Assembly: GCA_001003605.1 (NCBI GenBank)
Contig: LCPL01000010.1
Span: 1,528-65,527 of the forward strand
Source: Parcubacteria group bacterium GW2011_GWC2_48_17
Lineage (GTDB): Bacteria; Patescibacteriota; Minisyncoccia; Phycocordibacterales; UBA10002
Reading direction: 5' to 3'
Length of the DNA stretch: 64,000 bases
In this document: one piece after another, positions 54,866 to 64,000 of the stretch
How the letters are laid out: every line of letters starts with the position of its first letter
How positions within the stretch are numbered: the stretch's first letter is position 1
The notes under the pieces: generated by a model
What the model saw: the letters and a program-made list of their open reading frames with translations, nothing else
What the model was told of the DNA's origin: nothing
Databases searched by the model: none
Made by a program: the position numbers and the translations under genes

Positions 54866-55900
54866 ATGCGGAATATATTTAAAGGGAAAACCATTTTAGT
54901 CACCGGCGGCACCGGTTCCATCGGTTCGGAAATAGTGCGTCAGCTACTTAGAATGAAGCCAAAATCCATTCGCGTCTTTGCGCGGCACGAAGACCGTCAT
55001 CACCAGCTGATGCAGGAACTCGCGAAGCATGCGGACACGGTACGCTTTGTTGTCGGCGACATACGAGACAAAGAACGGCTTATGCTTGCGATGGAGGGAG
55101 TGGATATCGTGTTCCACGCCGCGGCGCTAAAGCACGTGCCACTTTGCGAATACAATCCGTTTGAAGCGGTAAAGACCAACATAGTCGGCACGCAAAATGT
55201 GATTGAGGCGGCTCGCGCCGAGGGCGTCTCGCACGTCATCGGTATTTCCACCGATAAAGCCACTGAACCAGAGGGCGTACTCGGCGTTTCCAAACTCATG
55301 GCGGAGAAGTTGTTTCTATCAACCTATTTTTACAAAGGCAATACAAAAACAAAATTCACCTGCGTTCGTTTTGGCAATGTCTTGGGGAGCAGGGGGAGCA
55401 TCCTCTCTCTCATTAAGCGGCAAATCGCGCAGAATCAAAAAGTAACGGTCACCGACCCTAAAATGACACGCTTCCTTATGACGATTCCGCAAGCGGTATC
55501 GCTCCTCCTTGACACGGCCGCAAAAGGGAAAGGCCAGGAAATCTTTGTGTTAAAAATGCCATCCGTGCGTTTGGGCGATTTAATAGAAGAGGCCATCGGT
55601 TATTTCGCTCCGCTTTACGGAAAAAAGGCGTCGGAGGTCCGGACGGCTATCGTCGGTAAGCGAGACGGAGAGAAACTGCACGAGAAACTCCTCGCCGAAC
55701 ACGAAAGAGGGCTCGCGCTTGAAACCAAAGATTTGTACATTCTTACGCCACACAGAAGAGTGTCCGCGCTGTACAGGAAAATCTACAAGGCCAATCCTCT
55801 TCGTGCGGGCGACAAGAGCTTTTCTTCGGAGTACGCGCCGAAACTATCGCGAAAGGCATTACGCGCCCTTGTTTCAAGGGCCGCCAAGAGTTACTTGTAG
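54866..55900 (+). CDS. UDP-GlcNAc 4,6-dehydratase-like protein (PseB/CapD family)
   Basis: TGGTGSIG, HAAALKHVP, KTNIVGT, STDKA, RFGNVLGSRGS, MTRF, GEKLHE. Confidence 0.9.
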   Translation: MRNIFKGKTILVTGGTGSIGSEIVRQLLRMKPKSIRVFARHEDRHHQLMQELAKHADTVRFVVGDIRDKERLMLAMEGVDIVFHAAALKHVPLCEYNPFEAVKTNIVGTQNVIEAARAEGVSHVIGISTDKATEPEGVLGVSKLMAEKLFLSTYFYKGNTKTKFTCVRFGNVLGSRGSILSLIKRQIAQNQKVTVTDPKMTRFLMTIPQAVSLLLDTAAKGKGQEIFVLKMPSVRLGDLIEEAIGYFAPLYGKKASEVRTAIVGKRDGEKLHEKLLAEHERGLALETKDLYILTPHRRVSALYRKIYKANPLRAGDKSFSSEYAPKLSRKALRALVSRAAKSYL

Positions 55901-55952
55901 CGAAGATGGGGACTGCCGCCCGCTATTCGGGTGGGGAAAACGCGTAACCAAT

Positions 55953-57740
55953 ATGAGTTTTAACATCCTACGAAAAATCGGCAACCTGCTTTCCCTTTTT
56001 TACCGCACCTTTGGGGGGTACAAGTGGCACATCATGCTCATGGCGTTTTTGAGCTTTATTAGCGGCCTCTTAGAAGGCATCGGCGTCACGGCAATCATCC
56101 CTCTTTTTTCCGTCATCGGTGGCGGCGGAGGAGGACCCGAAGACAGCATCTCGCTTGCCATAGCGGCATTTTTTCGTTACCTCCATTTGCCGTTCACTCC
56201 CAAATTCCTCCTTTTCTTCATGGTCGCGCTTTTCTTTGCTAAGGCGCTCTTTTTGCTTCTTTCACAGCAGATTACTTCAAGGATTATGGCTGATTTCGAG
56301 AAGCGGATGAGAAGCAAACTGCTTTCTCTCACTTTTAACGCCAACTGGCCGTTTCTCTCTTCGCAAAGAGTCGGACACCTCGGACAGATGGTTATCACGG
56401 AGGTCTCCAACAGTTCCGCGATACTGTACTACTTAAGCAGCGCGATGCTCGTCTTGGCCAATCTGGTAATTTATACAGGATTGGTTTTTAATCTATCCGG
56501 AGTTGTGGCCGCGCTCGCGTTTCTTTCGGGGCTCGTCATCTTTTTCAGCTTTTTGCCCCTGCTTCGCACGACCAAAATCATCGCGGCCTCAATGGTTCGT
56601 CAGAACAAAAGAATCGCGCACTTCGCCGGCGAACATATTATCGGCGCCAAAACCCTAAAGTCCATGGCTCTTGAAGCGCCTGTGCTAAAAAGGGGAGACG
56701 GTCTGCTATCGACAATGAAGGCCCTTTATCTCCGGTCGTGCCTTTTAAAGAACATTACCGACGCTCTCCTACAACTCGTGGGAGTATTCTTTGTTGTCGG
56801 CCTATTCGCCTTTTTGTACAAGACGTCCGCGTTTGAATTCGCATCTTTCGCGGTGATGGTGTACGCACTCAACAAAATCATTACGAATGTCCAGTACACG
56901 CAGAATCACGCTCACGTTATCAGCGCTTCGATCCCGTATCTTGCGAGCATCGCGCGCTATGAAGATGAGGCAACGCAAAATCGGGAGGAAGACAGCGGCA
57001 TCGCTCCGTTTCGTCTTGAAAAGGAAATTGTTTTTAGGGACGTGGGTTTCGAGTATCGCTCCGATAAGCCATCCATTTCCCGCGTAAACCTATCAATCAA
57101 AAAAGGCGAGATGGTGGGACTCATCGGCCCATCAGGCGCCGGTAAGACGACGGTTGTTGACTTACTCCTGCGGCTTATCAAACCAAATACCGGAGCAATT
57201 ACTGTAGACGGCGTAGATATTTCCAGTGTGAATCTCGATGAATGGCGCTCTCAAATCGGATATATGTCGCAAGATGTCTTTCTGCTGAACGATACGATAG
57301 AAAATAACATCAGATTTTATTCCGCGGAAATAAGCGAGCAGGATATGATTCGCGCCGCGAAACTTGCGAATATCTATGATTTTGTGGTTAGCCAGCCGAA
57401 TGGATTTTCTACAGATGTGGGAGAAAGGGGGTTGTCGCTTTCGGTCGGACAACGCCAGAGAATCGCGCTCGCAAGAGTACTCGCGCGAAAGCCGCGCGTG
57501 CTTATTTTAGACGAAGCGACGAGCGCGCTTGATAATGAATCCGAAGCCCTTATACGAAAGTCCATGGAGGAACTGCGCAAGAAAATGACCATCATTGTAA
57601 TTGCCCACAAACTCTCGATCGTTTTGGGCGCCGACAGGCTCTTTATTCTTGATGGTGGTACTGTCGTCGAAGAAGGAAAACCGAGCGAACTGCTCAAAAA
57701 AGCAGATTCCCGCTTTTCCACGCTGCATGCTCGAAGTTAG
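55953..57740 (+). CDS. ABC transporter permease/ATPase (MsbA/PglK-like flippase)
   Basis: Six-TM N-terminus, GPSGAGKTT, LSVGQRQR, ILDEATSALD. Confidence 0.92.
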   Translation: MSFNILRKIGNLLSLFYRTFGGYKWHIMLMAFLSFISGLLEGIGVTAIIPLFSVIGGGGGGPEDSISLAIAAFFRYLHLPFTPKFLLFFMVALFFAKALFLLLSQQITSRIMADFEKRMRSKLLSLTFNANWPFLSSQRVGHLGQMVITEVSNSSAILYYLSSAMLVLANLVIYTGLVFNLSGVVAALAFLSGLVIFFSFLPLLRTTKIIAASMVRQNKRIAHFAGEHIIGAKTLKSMALEAPVLKRGDGLLSTMKALYLRSCLLKNITDALLQLVGVFFVVGLFAFLYKTSAFEFASFAVMVYALNKIITNVQYTQNHAHVISASIPYLASIARYEDEATQNREEDSGIAPFRLEKEIVFRDVGFEYRSDKPSISRVNLSIKKGEMVGLIGPSGAGKTTVVDLLLRLIKPNTGAITVDGVDISSVNLDEWRSQIGYMSQDVFLLNDTIENNIRFYSAEISEQDMIRAAKLANIYDFVVSQPNGFSTDVGERGLSLSVGQRQRIALARVLARKPRVLILDEATSALDNESEALIRKSMEELRKKMTIIVIAHKLSIVLGADRLFILDGGTVVEEGKPSELLKKADSRFSTLHARS

Positions 57741-57755
57741 TAAAGCACAACCACG

Positions 57756-57899
57756 ATCCCGTTAGAGACCGCTTCGCAGTCTACGACTACTTCGCCACGG
57801 AAACGCACGATGAATAACCTTATGCACGCAGTATTAACAACTAGCATGTACAGAGAATCCTTCGCAAATAGGCGGAGCGTTTCCTGTCTCTAACGGGAT
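57756..57899. mobile_element. MITE-like element with 14-bp perfect TIR, copy 2
   Basis: ATCCCGTTAGAGAC ... GTCTCTAACGGGAT; the right TIR overlaps ATG 57898. Confidence 0.75.
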
Positions 57900-59352
57900 G
57901 AAATTATTTTTTATAGGCTGGTCCGGGAAGGAACTTGGAATGCTCGACGCAATTGCGCTTCTTAAGAAGCATCATGACATTGTGTATGTCGTCGGCGTCA
58001 AGGCGGAGTTTGAGGCGTGTAGAAATGAATTTCCTGGAACTATCTTCCACGACTACATTGACGCTCTTCACGGCGTGCCGCCGGCAGAATTTCAAGCGAA
58101 CATTCAACCCGCTGACGCCGACCTCTTGAAACAACTGTACGAAACCGAATCAATCGTGCTAACGATGATGAACAAGCACTTTGAGCGTAAAACAGTTACC
58201 GAACGGAGATTTCTTTATTATAATTACGTTTCCTATTGGGACGCGACTATCAAAAAATACGCGCCGGATGCCGTTATCTTTCCGACTATTCCGCACACCG
58301 TCTATGACTTCGTGATTTATTCACTCGCGAAACTCTACGGCATAAGGACCATCATGATGGAGCCGACGTGGATTTCCGACCGCGTGGTCATCATGCGCGA
58401 TTATATAAAGGGTCCGGACTTTCTTTATAAAAAGATAGTGCCACCCGCGGATATTTCTTTGGCGAAACTTTCTCCCGATATGCGTAAAGAATATGAACTC
58501 CAAACACGCGGTAACTCCGACGCGACCCCGGTTTTCGTAAAGAACATTAAACATAAGTATTCAGGAATGCGCCTTTTTCGGATTAAACTTCGTTCTCTCT
58601 TTACCACCATCACTGTGCACAAAGACATTCTAGTCGTGTGGAAAGTCTTCACGCGTTTCTTCCGAAGGTTCAGGCCACACCTGCGGAAAGAATACGAGCA
58701 TTTTGCCGTGGCGCCTGATTTCACTACGCCATACGTGTATTTCCCGCTGCATTACCAACCCGAGCGGAATTCTTCGCCGCAAGGCGACATATTCGTTGAC
58801 CAATTGTATTTGGCGAAAGTGCTTGCCTCGTCACTCCCAGCGGGTTGGAGGGTGTATGTAAAAGAGCATCCGACGCAGTGGCTCTATCGCGGCCTTGATT
58901 TTTTCAGTTATCGATTTCGCGGGTACTACGAAGCGCTCGGCAGGATTCCGAATGTGAAAATCGTGCCAATTGATACCGACACCTATACACTGACGGCACG
59001 CTCGCGCGCGGTCGCGACAATTACCGGCACAGCCGGTTTTGAGGCAGTGGTGCGCGGAAAACCTGTTTTGGTGTTCGGATATCCTTGGTATCGCGGGGCG
59101 CCTGGGGTATTTGAGGTAAACAGTCTTGCGTCTTGCCGCAAGGCGCTTCAAGAAATACATGATGGGTTCACGTTCGGCAAAGACGACGTACTCCGCTACC
59201 TTCACCTCTTGGACGCCAATTCATTTCATGGATACATCGACAGGGACGGACAGATTATATCTTCGCTTTCTCCACGCGAAAATGCCGAGAATCTCGCATT
59301 TCATATTTCATCTCTTTTGCAAAATGTCTGGGAACCCTCAAAAACCATATGA
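57898..59352 (+). CDS. Capsule-synthesis (KpsS-like) putative ulosonic acid transferase
   Basis: YFPLHYQPE, YVKEHP, TITGTAGFEA, KPVLVFG. Confidence 0.75.
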   Translation: MKLFFIGWSGKELGMLDAIALLKKHHDIVYVVGVKAEFEACRNEFPGTIFHDYIDALHGVPPAEFQANIQPADADLLKQLYETESIVLTMMNKHFERKTVTERRFLYYNYVSYWDATIKKYAPDAVIFPTIPHTVYDFVIYSLAKLYGIRTIMMEPTWISDRVVIMRDYIKGPDFLYKKIVPPADISLAKLSPDMRKEYELQTRGNSDATPVFVKNIKHKYSGMRLFRIKLRSLFTTITVHKDILVVWKVFTRFFRRFRPHLRKEYEHFAVAPDFTTPYVYFPLHYQPERNSSPQGDIFVDQLYLAKVLASSLPAGWRVYVKEHPTQWLYRGLDFFSYRFRGYYEALGRIPNVKIVPIDTDTYTLTARSRAVATITGTAGFEAVVRGKPVLVFGYPWYRGAPGVFEVNSLASCRKALQEIHDGFTFGKDDVLRYLHLLDANSFHGYIDRDGQIISSLSPRENAENLAFHISSLLQNVWEPSKTI

Positions 59353-60056
59353 AAACAATAATTATTCAAGCGCGCATGAATTCTAAGCGCCTTCCAGGGA
59401 AAGTCCTGAAGGACCTTTGCGGCAAGCCGCTCTTGTGGCATGTCGCTGTGCGCGCGAAGAAATCCAAGCTTGCCGACAAAGTGATTGTTGCGACGAGTGC
59501 GGAAAAAAGCGACGACCCCATCGTGGCGCTTTGCGAGAGCGAGGGTGTCAAATGCTATCGCGGCTCTTTGGATAATGTACTCCTGCGATATGTTGGCGCC
59601 GCGCGAGAATCCAAAGCAACGACCATTGTGCGCGTAACGGCCGATTGCCCCCTTATTGACCCGGACATCATTGACAGGTGCATTACGTCATTTGAAACCT
59701 CCGGCGCGGACTATGTAAGCAACGTACACCCCGAACCGAATACATTTCCGCGCGGGTTTGATGTGGAGGTATTTTCTTTGGGAGCATTGGAAAAGGCGGA
59801 AATGGGAGCAAAAGAGACGTACGATAAAGAGCATGTCACCCCATTTATCTTGAAAAACAAAGGAGGGGAGTTTGTGATCGGACCTACGGTAACCGCGTCT
59901 CCAGAATACGCCCGTTCCTACCGGCTGTGCGTGGATTATGAGGAAGATTACGCGCTGATGGAGAGAATATATAAGCAGTTTTATAAAGAAGGGGAGCACA
60001 TCAATGTCCCCGCGCTTTTGACATTTCTGGATGCGCATCCGGAATGGCTCGCGTGA
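59349..60056 (+). CDS. SpsF-like cytidylyltransferase-family protein
   Basis: IIQARMNSKRLPGKVL, RGSLDNVL, RVTADCP, EHVTP, VDYEED. Confidence 0.88.
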   Translation: MKTIIIQARMNSKRLPGKVLKDLCGKPLLWHVAVRAKKSKLADKVIVATSAEKSDDPIVALCESEGVKCYRGSLDNVLLRYVGAARESKATTIVRVTADCPLIDPDIIDRCITSFETSGADYVSNVHPEPNTFPRGFDVEVFSLGALEKAEMGAKETYDKEHVTPFILKNKGGEFVIGPTVTASPEYARSYRLCVDYEEDYALMERIYKQFYKEGEHINVPALLTFLDAHPEWLA

Positions 60057-60075
60057 AGCGGTAATGGTAAGAAAC

Positions 60076-60687
60076 ATGATTGTCGTTATTGATTATGGCA
60101 TGGGCAACGTCGGGTCGGTGAAAAACGCGCTTGATTTTTTAGGCGTGGACTCCACACTCTCAAGGAAAGAAGAAGACCTGCGAAGGGCCAGCCATATTAT
60201 TCTGCCTGGCGTCGGGGCGTTCAACGACGGAATGAATAATTTGAAGAATTTTGGCCTCATTCCCGTTTTGAAGGAGGAGGTCCTCAAAAAAAAGAAGCCC
60301 ATGCTCGGCATATGTCTCGGTCTCCAGCTCCTCGCCGAGAAAGGGGAGGAAGGGGGAGACCACGAAGGGCTAGGGATTATCAAAGGCACAGTTCGTCGTT
60401 TTCGCGTGGATTCAAAGAGATTCCGGATTCCTCACATCGGTTGGAACGATGTGTCGCCCGTGGGCGACAACATTCTCTTTAATGGCATTTCGTCAACGAT
60501 TTTTTACTTCGTTCACAGTTTTTTTCTGGAACCGACAAATAAAGACGTGATTGCGGCTACCTGTTCCTATGGCGAGGAGTTTACCGCGGCAATCAGGGAA
60601 AAGAATATATTCGGGACGCAGTTCCATCCGGAGAAGAGCCAGAAGAGCGGTCTAGCGTTATTAAAGAACTTCATAAATTATGCTTAA
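60076..60687 (+). CDS. hisH: Glutamine amidotransferase HisH paralog (glycan amidination)
   Basis: DYGMGN, LPGVGAF, GICLG, PHIGWN, YFVHS, QFHPEKS. Confidence 0.9.
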   Translation: MIVVIDYGMGNVGSVKNALDFLGVDSTLSRKEEDLRRASHIILPGVGAFNDGMNNLKNFGLIPVLKEEVLKKKKPMLGICLGLQLLAEKGEEGGDHEGLGIIKGTVRRFRVDSKRFRIPHIGWNDVSPVGDNILFNGISSTIFYFVHSFFLEPTNKDVIAATCSYGEEFTAAIREKNIFGTQFHPEKSQKSGLALLKNFINYA

Positions 60688-61429
60688 AACCCGGGTCATA
60701 CCTTGTCTTACAATCAAGGACCTTCGACTTGTTAAGAGCATAAGATTTTCCGAGCATAGAAATATCGGAAGCTACATCGCGGCCGCCCGTGTATTTAACG
60801 CGCGCGATGTTGACGAAATGCTCGTGCTTGACCTTGATGCAGAGCGCGAGGGGCTTCATCCCAAGCTTATTCAGGACATCGCCAAGGAATGTTTTATGCC
60901 TCTTACCGTTGGCGGAGGAGTAAAAACGCTTGAGGATATTTCTTTGCTGCTTCGGCTCGGAGCCGATAAAGTTTCTATAAATAGCGCCGCGGTTTTGGAC
61001 CCAGAGCTTATTAAAGCGGCCTCGTCTCAATTTGGAAGCCAGTGCGTAGTCGTGTCCATAGACGCGCGCCTTAGGAGCGGCGGCTACGAAGTCTTTACGC
61101 ACGGAGGAAGCAGAAATACAGGCCTATCTCCAGCTTTGTGGGCAAAGGAAGCGGAAATAAGAGGCGCGGGAGAAATTTTCCTCACCTCGATTGACCACGA
61201 CGGTTGCATGGACGGGTACGACCTTTCTTTGGTGAAGAGTGTCGTCGAGGCGGTTTCGCTTCCCGTCATTGCTTCCGGAGGAGCGGGTAACGAAGCGCAC
61301 TGCACGCGCGTTGTAAAGGAAGGCGGAGCATCGGCCGTTTCCGCCGCAAGCATCTTCCAATACACAGAGATTACCCCTAACATGATAAAAGAGGAGCTGG
61401 CAAAATCAGGCGTGGAAGTGAGACTATAA
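60680..61429 (+). CDS. hisF: HisF cyclase paralog (glycan amidination)
   Basis: RVIPCL, VDE, PLTVGGG, GADKV, TSIDHDG, IASGG. Confidence 0.9.
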   Translation: MLKTRVIPCLTIKDLRLVKSIRFSEHRNIGSYIAAARVFNARDVDEMLVLDLDAEREGLHPKLIQDIAKECFMPLTVGGGVKTLEDISLLLRLGADKVSINSAAVLDPELIKAASSQFGSQCVVVSIDARLRSGGYEVFTHGGSRNTGLSPALWAKEAEIRGAGEIFLTSIDHDGCMDGYDLSLVKSVVEAVSLPVIASGGAGNEAHCTRVVKEGGASAVSAASIFQYTEITPNMIKEELAKSGVEVRL

Positions 61430-61440
61430 TAGAATAGGCT

Positions 61441-62610
61441 ATGCCTAAAACATTCGAGTATTGCAAAAAATGCGTTATGCCAAATACGAAGCCAGACCTT
61501 TTCTTCGACGAAAAGGGCGTGTGTGACGCGTGCCTTTCCGCGAAACTTAAGGAAGCGATTGATTGGGATGGGCGCAAGCGCGAATTTGAAAAGGATATTG
61601 TCGCGGAGTACAAAGGCAAAACGCCTGGGAATTATGACTGCATCATTCCTGTTTCGGGGGGCAAAGACAGCCACTACCAGGTGTACCTCATGAAAGAAGT
61701 GTACAAAATGAATCCGCTTCTTATCTCCTTCGAGTCAAGCTACCGCACGCCGCTTGGACGGAAGAATCTAGACAATATCAGAAAAGCTTTCGGCGTAGAC
61801 CTTATCGTCTTTGAGAAAAACTTTGATGTGTACCGGAAGATGTCAATTGAATCATTCAAGCGGGTAGGAGATGAGTTTTGGCCAAACCATGTAGGCATTT
61901 TTACCGTGCCAGTCAGGTTCGCGGTGCAGATGAAGATACCGCTCATTGTGTGGGGGGAAAATTCCCAGCTTGAATATGGAGGTCCGAAAGCGGCGCGCAT
62001 GGCGAATACTCTTGACCGGCGCTGGCTCGAAGAATTCGGAGGCCTTCTCGGACTTCGCGTTGAAGACATGGTTGGCGTGGAAGGCATCACGCGAAATGAG
62101 CTCCTCCCTTACTTTTATCCTTCTGCGGAGGAACTGCGCGCAGCGGGAATCAAAGGAATCTTCCTCGGGTATTATTTCAAGTGGGACGCTCGCGCGGAGG
62201 TGAAGCTCGTGACGCAGTATGGTTTTTCAGTTAAGAAAGACGGTCCGGTTGAGGGCACATTTACCAATTACGAGAACCTTGATGAAGCATTCCAGTCCGT
62301 TCACGATTATTTGAAATTTGTGAAGTTTGGATTCGGCCGCGCCACCGACCACGCCTCGCTTGATATTAGAAACGGACGTTTGACGCGACAGGAGGGCGTG
62401 GCGCTGGTAAAAAAGTTCGACGGCAAATATCCACAAAAAGGAGCCAAAGCATTTTTGCGTTATTCCGGAATGAGCAAAAAAGAATTCGACAAAATTATTG
62501 ATTCGTTTACCGACAAAGCCCTTTTTATGCTCGGAAGAGACGGAAAACTCTTGCGAGATTCGGGCGGCAACTTGATGAAAAAATATCAAGATTACGGACC
62601 GTGCATCTAA
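61441..62610 (+). CDS. N-acetyl sugar amidotransferase (WbuX/PseA family)
   Basis: CKKCVMPNTKP, CDAC, SGGKDS, WGE, KFGFGR. Confidence 0.9.
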   Translation: MPKTFEYCKKCVMPNTKPDLFFDEKGVCDACLSAKLKEAIDWDGRKREFEKDIVAEYKGKTPGNYDCIIPVSGGKDSHYQVYLMKEVYKMNPLLISFESSYRTPLGRKNLDNIRKAFGVDLIVFEKNFDVYRKMSIESFKRVGDEFWPNHVGIFTVPVRFAVQMKIPLIVWGENSQLEYGGPKAARMANTLDRRWLEEFGGLLGLRVEDMVGVEGITRNELLPYFYPSAEELRAAGIKGIFLGYYFKWDARAEVKLVTQYGFSVKKDGPVEGTFTNYENLDEAFQSVHDYLKFVKFGFGRATDHASLDIRNGRLTRQEGVALVKKFDGKYPQKGAKAFLRYSGMSKKEFDKIIDSFTDKALFMLGRDGKLLRDSGGNLMKKYQDYGPCI

Positions 62611-62625
62611 CGGTTTTAGAAACTT

Positions 62626-63096
62626 ATGAACCTTACGTTACGCAAGGCGAATAAAAGCGATTCGCGGTTTCTGTTTGAGCTTCGAAACGAGGAGGAGGTG
62701 CGGTGCGTTTCAAGGAACACCGCACCGATTGCTTTTTCCGACCATAAGAAATGGTTTGAAAAGAAGCTTGCAAGTTCCGTCAGTCTTATCCTTATCGCCG
62801 AGGAAAATGGGACGCCTATCGCCCAAACAAGATTCGACGCAAAAGGGCAATATGCCGAAGTCAGCGTCGCGGTAGTTTCCGCCTTCCGAGGAAAGGGTTA
62901 CGGAACTAAAATCATCGCTGATGCAACCAAGCTCTTCTTTAAGAAATACACAAAAGTATTCGCCGTACGCGCTTACGCGAATCTAGGAAATGCCGCTTCG
63001 GTTAAGAGTTTCTCCAGAGCCGGTTACCGCCATCTCGGGGAGGTTGACGACGAAGGCACGACTAGGCATCTCCTCGTATTCGAACGATTAAACTGA
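62626..63096 (+). CDS. GNAT N-acetyltransferase (PseH-like)
   Basis: LFELRN, HKKWF, FRGKGYG, NAASVKSF. Confidence 0.85.
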   Translation: MNLTLRKANKSDSRFLFELRNEEEVRCVSRNTAPIAFSDHKKWFEKKLASSVSLILIAEENGTPIAQTRFDAKGQYAEVSVAVVSAFRGKGYGTKIIADATKLFFKKYTKVFAVRAYANLGNAASVKSFSRAGYRHLGEVDDEGTTRHLLVFERLN

Positions 63097-63756
63097 CTCC
63101 TTGATGAGATAGGCTGGGGGCGTATTTGCAAACGCAAGGGAGCGAAGATGTATGCTTTTCCCCTTGAAGTATTCATGCACGGCATCAGATTCGCCGTGCC
63201 CGCGCACGCCGTATTCGTCAAAGACCACGATACCGCCGGGGGAGACGAGCGGATATAGATTTTTGAGAATAGCGAGCGTTCCTTCGTAATTGTCAACATC
63301 AAGATAGAGGAGCGCGATTCGAAATCCCAGATTTTTTTCAGCGTACGCTTTGGTGGTTTTCGCGACATCGCCCGCGACAAGTTCAACATTCTCAATACCC
63401 ATCGCGCGCAGGTTCGCAAGAATACTTTCCTTGTCGGCCAGCTTTTTGTCGTGCATGTCGAGTACTTTCTTGTCTTCTCTTCGTTTGAACGAAATGTCCC
63501 GCGCCGCGTCAAAGAAATCAAACCCCACGATTTTTCGCCCCGTGTGCGGTGTGAGGAGCCGGGAAATTTTCCCAAACGTATAGATTCCGCTTCCTTTGAA
63601 CACTCCGCACTCCACGATATCTCCTGGGACGGTACCCACCATCTTCAAGAGTTCATATCTTGCGAGGATTTTTTGCAAACGATCCACTCCGGTCTTCGCG
63701 AGAAATTCGTCGTAGAGAGCAAGATTTTTATTGACACTCGATTTGTCTTTGGACAT
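63088..63756 (-). CDS. TylF/MycF-family O-methyltransferase-like protein
   Basis: PGDIVECGVFKG, GFDFF, LDVDNYE, GGIVVFDEY. Confidence 0.85.
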   Translation of the reverse strand: MSKDKSSVNKNLALYDEFLAKTGVDRLQKILARYELLKMVGTVPGDIVECGVFKGSGIYTFGKISRLLTPHTGRKIVGFDFFDAARDISFKRREDKKVLDMHDKKLADKESILANLRAMGIENVELVAGDVAKTTKAYAEKNLGFRIALLYLDVDNYEGTLAILKNLYPLVSPGGIVVFDEYGVRGHGESDAVHEYFKGKSIHLRSLAFANTPPAYLIKESV

Positions 63757-63850
63757 GAAAGTATCGTATTATATTTCACGCTTCTTTACAAGAATCAGTC
63801 TCCAAACAAACGTTACTTTTACGGCTGTTTCTAGGTTGTAATATCGCTAT

Positions 63851-64000
63851 ATGGCAAAACCTAAAATACTTATATTGGGAGGAGCAGGATACGTCGGCGG
63901 GCATATGACCGACCTATTTATCGCAAAAGGATACGCTGTGACTGTCTATGATTCTCTTCTTTATGAGTCAAGATTCTTGAAGGACGTCCCATTCATCCGG
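63851..64000 (+). CDS. NAD-dependent epimerase/dehydratase, 5' partial
   Basis: Manual translation MAKPKILILGGAGYVGG...VYDSLLY. Confidence 0.8.
   Translation, partial: MAKPKILILGGAGYVGGHMTDLFIAKGYAVTVYDSLLYESRFLKDVPFIR

Noticed and set aside
60076-61429. hisH/hisF as histidine biosynthesis
   Set aside because: No other his genes; adjacency to a WbuX-type amidotransferase indicates glycan modification.
192-63756. Alternative genetic code (TGA read as Gly or Trp)
   Set aside because: Conserved genes are full-length under code 11 and several end at TGA, including ATGA overlaps.
1-64000. Second VR, CRISPR array, rRNA/tRNA, transposase or integrase
   Set aside because: None seen by eye; the repeats are dispersed rather than regularly spaced with unique spacers. 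A computational scan could still find a diverged VR.

Overview
A gene-dense, mostly + strand surface-glycan mega-locus: glycosyltransferases, NDP-sugar dehydratases and aminotransferases, about ten SAM-binding domains, neuA/neuB/neuC, a hisH/hisF/WbuX-type amidotransferase trio, an MBOAT acyltransferase, GT-C-like membrane proteins and an ABC flippase. Gene style and the repeat landscape suggest a CPR/Patescibacteria (Parcubacteria-like) genome; this is inference, as no marker gene is present. The standout is a complete diversity-generating retroelement (DGR) at about 3865-6644. It has a target gene, and its VR (4631-4755) and TR (5122-5246) differ at 17 of 125 positions, all TR adenines. The RT carries GxxxSQ and YADD motifs. 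The architecture is unusual: avd is antisense, overlaps the RT start head-to-head and contains a G9/C9 tract. The TR is preceded by a roughly 250-nt multi-branched structured leader with its own putative promoter and is followed by a terminator-like hairpin. The window also holds several families of palindromic or MITE-like repeats (some supplying start codons or inserted in-frame in genes), three self-contained single-gene cassettes and a frameshifted NUDIX-like gene. All alignments and base-pairings were done by eye and product calls come from motif recognition, not database searches.
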